Positions 17,372 to 21,481 of a stretch of 21,481 bases of DNA are shown piece by piece. The notes under the pieces were generated by a model. It was not told the origin of the DNA. It saw only the letters and a program-made list of their open reading frames with translations, and ran no database searches. The stretch's first letter is position 1, and each line of letters begins with the position of its first letter. Position numbers and translations under genes: made by a program. Origin of the DNA: an uncultured archaeon (GTDB taxonomy: Archaea; Thermoproteota; Nitrososphaeria_A; Caldarchaeales; Calditenuaceae); assembly GCA_937921685.1 (NCBI GenBank), contig CAKZUF010000004.1, positions 1-21,481 on the forward strand, written 5' to 3'.

Positions 17372-17507
17372 GAAATAACACCAGTTAATCGGGAGCCTAG
17401 CCCTCGAAATAAATCATGTCAAGCCCACGCACATTTGCTACAGCTCGGACAAAGTATGCTTGCGGGGTCTTAGTTTTCGGGGTCATTGGAAGGCGGGATG
17501 ATAGTCC

Positions 17508-18584
17508 TTAGGGCCAGAGCGTTATAGCCGAGTACTCTGAGATGAGTGAGATTCCCGCCGTAATTATCAGATTCACAAAAGCTAGGGGTATGAGGTATTT
17601 CCATCCGAGGTCTAGGACCTTCTCTATGGTGAGCCGCGGGTAGGCGCCTCGCAGCAGTGCGACGAACGTGAACAATATTAGGCCCTTAAGTATGATCCAG
17701 AAGGGTGCCGAGATGCTTTCGGGTAGGCCGGGGATTGGCGGACCGAGCCAGCCGCCGAGATATAGTATTGCTCCGAGGAAGCAGAATGCTAGAACTTTCT
17801 CGAACATGGCGAGCTGAATCATCAGGAAGTAGACGCCTGAATACTCGGTCTGCCAGCCGAAGACGATTTCACCCTCCGCAGTCGGTATGTCGAAGGGCAG
17901 CCTCTCAGTCTCGGCCAACAAGGTGATGATGAACACTATGAAGCCGAGAACCTGTGTGACTGCTAGTGGAACAACCGCCTGGGCCTCAACGATCTTCTCT
18001 AGATTAAGTGTCCTCGTAGACAGGACAACGCCTGTCAGGGCTAGGAAGAGGGGCACCTCGTATCCGAAGAGCTGGAGCGCTATTCTGGACATTCCTATGA
18101 AGGGGTATTTGCTCCTTGAGGCATATCCTGCCAGCACTATTGGTATAGGGGATAATGCTGCGACTAGGAAGAATAAGAGGAGGCCAATCTCTGAGGGGTA
18201 GATTATCCATCCCGCCCCGAAGGGGAGGAATGCATATAGCAACAGTGACAGGATTAATGCGAGGCAGGGCATGAGGACGAAGAGAGGCCTGTTCACACCC
18301 TCGGGGATTATCCTCTCCTTTGAGAGAAACTTGATGGCGTCAGCTATGAGCTGGAGGACACCGGCTACTTTCCCAACGTGAAGTGGACCTATCCTGAGTG
18401 AGACGCGGGCGAAGAGCTTTCTCTCAAACCAGACTGCAAACATTCCTAGCAGGGTGCTGAAGAGCGCGCCGGGGAATATGGCTGCCTTGATGAATGGCTC
18501 GCTATAGATGAAGCGTATCAGCTCCTGGATTAGAGGCGGCATAGAACTATACAGTTGGACAAATGCTTGGACCGGGTCTATCAA
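17508..18584 (-). CDS. nuoH: NADH-quinone oxidoreductase (complex I-like) subunit H
   Basis: 'FERKLFARVSLRIGPLHVGKVAGVLQLIADAIKFLSKE' and 'ETERLPFDIPTAEGEIVFGWQTEYSG' are hallmark NuoH/ND1 motifs. The protein is polytopic, and its start overlaps the nuoA stop by 4 nt. Confidence 0.92.
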   Translation of the reverse strand: MIDPVQAFVQLYSSMPPLIQELIRFIYSEPFIKAAIFPGALFSTLLGMFAVWFERKLFARVSLRIGPLHVGKVAGVLQLIADAIKFLSKERIIPEGVNRPLFVLMPCLALILSLLLYAFLPFGAGWIIYPSEIGLLLFFLVAALSPIPIVLAGYASRSKYPFIGMSRIALQLFGYEVPLFLALTGVVLSTRTLNLEKIVEAQAVVPLAVTQVLGFIVFIITLLAETERLPFDIPTAEGEIVFGWQTEYSGVYFLMIQLAMFEKVLAFCFLGAILYLGGWLGPPIPGLPESISAPFWIILKGLILFTFVALLRGAYPRLTIEKVLDLGWKYLIPLAFVNLIITAGISLISEYSAITLWP

Positions 18585-18988
18585 CCTCCTCCACCTCTCT
18601 CGAGCCTCTGCTTCAGGGAGGGGAGCTGCGTCGACGCATATATCGAGCCGGCAGTGATTACAGCCAAGATCAATAACCCACGTATTAGGCTCTCACCAGC
18701 CCGCAACATGTCCAAAACAACGATGAAGGCAATGACGGCGAAGACTGCGTAGGCGATGTAGATGATGACGTAGGGGAAGTATTCGATGGGAAATGGGGCC
18801 ACTCTGGTCGGTATCGGTGTTTGCCCGGACTCGAAGAGCATCCTCTTGACCCGGGACGGCTTCTTAGGGGCTATCAGAACCGAGACTATGTAGAAAATTG
18901 GAGGAGCGATGATTGTGAGGATTAGATATAGTAGCAGCGTCCAAAGCGCCGTATCCAGAGCGGCAGGACTCAACACGTCAATCAGCAA
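18581..18988 (-). CDS. nuoA: NADH-quinone oxidoreductase (complex I-like) subunit A
   Basis: 'FESGQTPIPTRVAPFPIEYFPYVIIYIAYAVFAVIAF' matches the NuoA/ND3 'ECG...F...FY' core. There are three hydrophobic helices. A TATA-like 'GTGTATAAATCG' (minus strand, about 18998-19009) suggests a start at or near the GTG at 18976. Confidence 0.7.
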   Translation of the reverse strand: MLIDVLSPAALDTALWTLLLYLILTIIAPPIFYIVSVLIAPKKPSRVKRMLFESGQTPIPTRVAPFPIEYFPYVIIYIAYAVFAVIAFIVVLDMLRAGESLIRGLLILAVITAGSIYASTQLPSLKQRLERGGGG

Positions 18989-19049
18989 TATGCCACGATT
19001 TATACACTAGTCGGATCCACCGTCAAGAAAGCTATGGGTGGAGGCTGGA

Positions 19050-19280
19050 CTACTCTACCTTCTCGAATGGGTCGAGGCCGGCGAGGGCTCTGAGCTCGAG
19101 GATGCGTCTTTTCAGATATTCAACCTCCTCCACACTGGGCTCGCGGGCCTCTGATCCAGAGGCAAGCCTCGCCTTCAGTCCAGCCCACTTGTACGCCAGC
19201 TCCTTCACATCCTCCTCCGTCAAATACTCCTCGAATATCCGCTTCGAGATCTCTCTAAACTCCTCAGCCGGGTCGCTCAT
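19050..19280 (-). CDS. Hypothetical small acidic helical protein (76 aa), translationally coupled to aspS
   Basis: Its ATG overlaps the aspS TGA (4-nt ATGA overlap at 19277-19280 per the ORF track). Composition is charged and helical. No motif recognised. Confidence 0.5.
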   Translation of the reverse strand: MSDPAEEFREISKRIFEEYLTEEDVKELAYKWAGLKARLASGSEAREPSVEEVEYLKRRILELRALAGLDPFEKVE

Positions 19281-20599
19281 GGCACGAGCCTGAACCTGTC
19301 CCTTGGAAAGAGTATGACATCCCTTATGTTGGTACGCCTCGTGATGACCATTATTAGCCTCTCAAACCCGAGCCCCCAGCCGGCGTGGACAGGCATGCCG
19401 TAATCATATACCGCCACATGGTGTTTAAAGCTCTCGGGGTTAAGCCCCTGCTCCTGCAGCCTCTGCCTGAGGAGAGCGGGGTCTGATATCCTCGTCCCAC
19501 CCGAAGCTAGTTCGAGCCACTGGTACATCAGGTCAAAGGACTCGGAGACCTGCGGGTTGTTAGGGTCGGGCTGGATGTAGAAGGGCTTTATGGCTGTTGG
19601 GAAGTGGGTGATGAAGTAGAACCCCGTGTGCCTCTTGGCAAGATACCTCAGGTCTGGGGTCTCCAAGTCGCCTCCCCAGCTCTTCGGATGCCCAAGCTCC
19701 GCAAGCTCCTTCAAGGCCTCGTCATAGGTTATCCGCTTGAAAGGGGTTTTGGGGGGTCGGAGTGAGACCCCGAGGAGATCGAGCTCCCTCTGCCTCTCCT
19801 CCAAAACCCTTTTGAAGACGTGGGCAACCATCCCCTCAAGAACCTGCATAACACCTTCATAGTTCATGAAGGCAGCCTCTATGTCGACTGAAGTGAACTC
19901 GCTGACATGCCTTCTCGTATGTGAAGCCTCAGCTCTAAAGAATGGCCCGATCTCAAAGACACGTTCAAAGACGGTGACTAGCTCCTCCTTGTATAGCTGG
20001 GGGCTCTGGGCAAGATAAGCCGCCTTCCCGAAGTAGTCCACCTTGAAGAGGGCAGCCCCGCCCTCAGTCGCTGTGGCTATGATCTTAGGAGTCCTAACCT
20101 CCACAAATCCCTGCCCACGGAGATATTCACGTATAGCATCAAAGACCGTGTCAGCTATCATGAAGATAGCCGTATTCACGGGTTTTCTAAGGTCTAGTAT
20201 CCTGTGGTTAAGACGCGTCGTCATGGACGCTGGAACCTTACCGGTCACGTCGTAGGGGAGTTTCTCTACGGCCTTGGCAACCACTTCAATCCTCTCACCC
20301 TTCACCTCGACACCCATCCTCGACTGTGGAGCTACACGCACAGTCCCCCAGACCCTGACAGCCGATTCACGGGTCAAACCATCTAGAGCAGCCGAGAGCG
20401 CACTATCAGCACCCACGCGGCTAAACACAACTTGACAGAGGCCCGAGCTATCCCTCAAGACTATGAAGACCAGAGACCCAAGGTCGCGTATCTCATGGAT
20501 CCAACCCTGAAGGACTACACGCCGGCCGTCAAGCTCAGGCCTAACCATTCCGGAGCGTATCTGTTCAAAGCCAGCCTCAGACTCTGCGTTTCCGGCCAT
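19277..20599 (-). CDS. aspS: Aspartyl-tRNA synthetase, archaeal/eukaryal type (class IIb)
   Basis: N-terminal OB-fold 'VVLQGWIHEIRDLGSLVFIVLRD', motif 2 'FEIGPFFRAE', 'GGTRISD', and motif 3 'GLGFERLIMV'. The ATG at 20599 (MAGNAESE...) gives about 440 aa. The track's 48-aa upstream extension is low-complexity and overlaps a neighbouring decayed frame. Confidence 0.9.
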   Translation of the reverse strand: MAGNAESEAGFEQIRSGMVRPELDGRRVVLQGWIHEIRDLGSLVFIVLRDSSGLCQVVFSRVGADSALSAALDGLTRESAVRVWGTVRVAPQSRMGVEVKGERIEVVAKAVEKLPYDVTGKVPASMTTRLNHRILDLRKPVNTAIFMIADTVFDAIREYLRGQGFVEVRTPKIIATATEGGAALFKVDYFGKAAYLAQSPQLYKEELVTVFERVFEIGPFFRAEASHTRRHVSEFTSVDIEAAFMNYEGVMQVLEGMVAHVFKRVLEERQRELDLLGVSLRPPKTPFKRITYDEALKELAELGHPKSWGGDLETPDLRYLAKRHTGFYFITHFPTAIKPFYIQPDPNNPQVSESFDLMYQWLELASGGTRISDPALLRQRLQEQGLNPESFKHHVAVYDYGMPVHAGWGLGFERLIMVITRRTNIRDVILFPRDRFRLVP

Positions 20600-21175
20600 A
20601 TCGTCGGAGTACAGGCCTCTTACCGGCCCTTGACTCAGCCTCTTCCGCACCCTCCCCTCCCGCCCCACTCTGCTTCTTTCAAGCTTAACTGATAAAGGTG
20701 TTGGTGTTGAGGGGTTTATAACTGTGTGGCCTTCAGTCCTCAAACCCTATAGTCCCTTCAGGCTCATAGGGTTCAAACTTTGTATAAATAGTGAGCTGTT
20801 TCTCGATGAGATATGTGTTTTTAATCGCCCATCTTTTTATCTCGCCGAGATAGATACTCTTCACGGCCGTCTCTAACCCCTCTCTCAGATATTCGATACA
20901 ATATCCTGCGGTATTCTCTCGAGGTAGTAGTCCGTCCCCTCCTCAATCTATTGGAGATGTTCAGGACTGATGAAATCCACCACCACTAGGTAACTCTCCT
21001 CTATCTTCTTCAGGCCGGGTCTTCATGGTGATGGCGCAGGTAGATGTATAGGTCGTCGTACGTCTCAGAAAAAGAGTCAAGCCTAACCTGACCCTGCATG
21101 TGAAAATGCTCCCTCCACAAACCCCACGGCACCTCCAAGTCCCGGGAGGAGGGCCGCCATAACGGGCAAGAGGGG

Positions 21176-21481
21176 ATGGTGAGAAGACAATAGCCTACGT
21201 CGACGTTGGCTTCAGAGACGGTAAGGCACACACGGTACTGCTGAAGAATGAGAGGGGTGGAGGAGTTTAGGAGGGTTAGAAGCCTATTAGAACTATTAAA
21301 CCTCCAGGTAAGCGAAGTCTATGTAGATTCACTGACGTTTAGGATAATCCCGGAGCTGAGGACATTGACTGAGCATGGTGTCAAGGTCTTCTATTTACGA
21401 GATTTGAGACTGTTAAGGGTCTTTAGAGACGCAAACAAGGTGGTGAAGAGTGATGAAAATGATGCCAGATTACTGTCCCTG
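21176..21481 (+). mobile_element. Probable 5' part of an IS110-family (DEDD/RuvC-like) transposase gene, frameshifted and truncated by the window edge
   Basis: The frame open from the ATG at 21248 to the window end reads ...EVYVDSLTFRIIPELRTLTEHGVKVFYLRDLRLLRVFRDANKVVKSDENDARLLSL. The 'K(S/T)D..DAR.L' segment and spacing resemble the IS110 N-terminal domain. Just upstream in another frame (21190-21267) 'IAYVDVGFRDGKAHTVLLKNERG' resembles the 'IGIDxxK' first acidic motif. This rests on remembered family motifs only. Confidence 0.4.

Noticed and set aside
17372-17507. 136-nt convergent intergenic region scanned for a tRNA, C/D-box sRNA or other structured RNA
   Set aside because: There is no cloverleaf-compatible arm pattern, no box motifs and no strong hairpin visible by eye. 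It contains only a short T-run (about 17470-17480) that may act as a terminator.
20600-20743. 48-codon N-terminal extension of aspS in the ORF track
   Set aside because: The sequence is low-complexity and basic with no counterpart in AspRS proteins. It overlaps the end of the neighbouring decayed frame. The ATG at 20599 gives the expected length of about 440 aa.
21010-21231. 73-aa minus-strand ORF as an intact gene
   Set aside because: It has a GTG start and no motif. Its 5' part is antisense to the 'IAYVDVG' transposase-like segment. It is treated only as a possible piece of the decayed frame described in the findings.
1-21481. CRISPR arrays, rRNA genes and long tandem or inverted repeats
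   Set aside because: No regularly spaced direct repeats and no rRNA-like segments were seen on either strand.

Overview
The window reads as a chromosomal segment of a thermophilic, crenarchaeal-type archaeon. Support: class I LysRS, archaeal-type PPAT and AspRS, frequent GTG/TTG starts, tightly overlapping genes, and AT-rich TATA-like boxes about 25-35 nt upstream of start codons. It is mostly housekeeping and respiratory. In order: a broken free-standing LAGLIDADG endonuclease gene, a type IIA P-type cation ATPase, lysK, a small helical ORF overlapping tldD, an HTH-extended PPAT, an orphan membrane protein, a Psr/Phs/Ttr-type molybdopterin oxidoreductase operon (A-B-C), endonuclease III, a NuoI-like ferredoxin with a very large insertion, an F420/LLM-family oxidoreductase, an orphan 114-aa ORF, a nuoA-nuoH pair, a 76-aa ORF coupled to aspS, and a degraded region running into a probable IS110-like transposase at the right edge. 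I found no rRNA, tRNA or CRISPR array, and no obvious self-contained novel multi-gene system such as a defence island. The signals most worth a second look are: (1) one in-frame TAG splitting an otherwise intact PsrB-type Fe-S subunit; (2) atypical architecture across that oxidoreductase locus, plus a tandem palindromic operator-like repeat at its promoter; (3) a roughly 140-160-aa insertion between the two cluster motifs of the NuoI-like protein, next to an LLM oxidoreductase, with complex I genes dispersed; (4) several independent gene-disrupting lesions within 21 kb. Coordinates anchored to the ORF track are reliable. Coordinates of motifs read by eye may be off by 1-2 nt.
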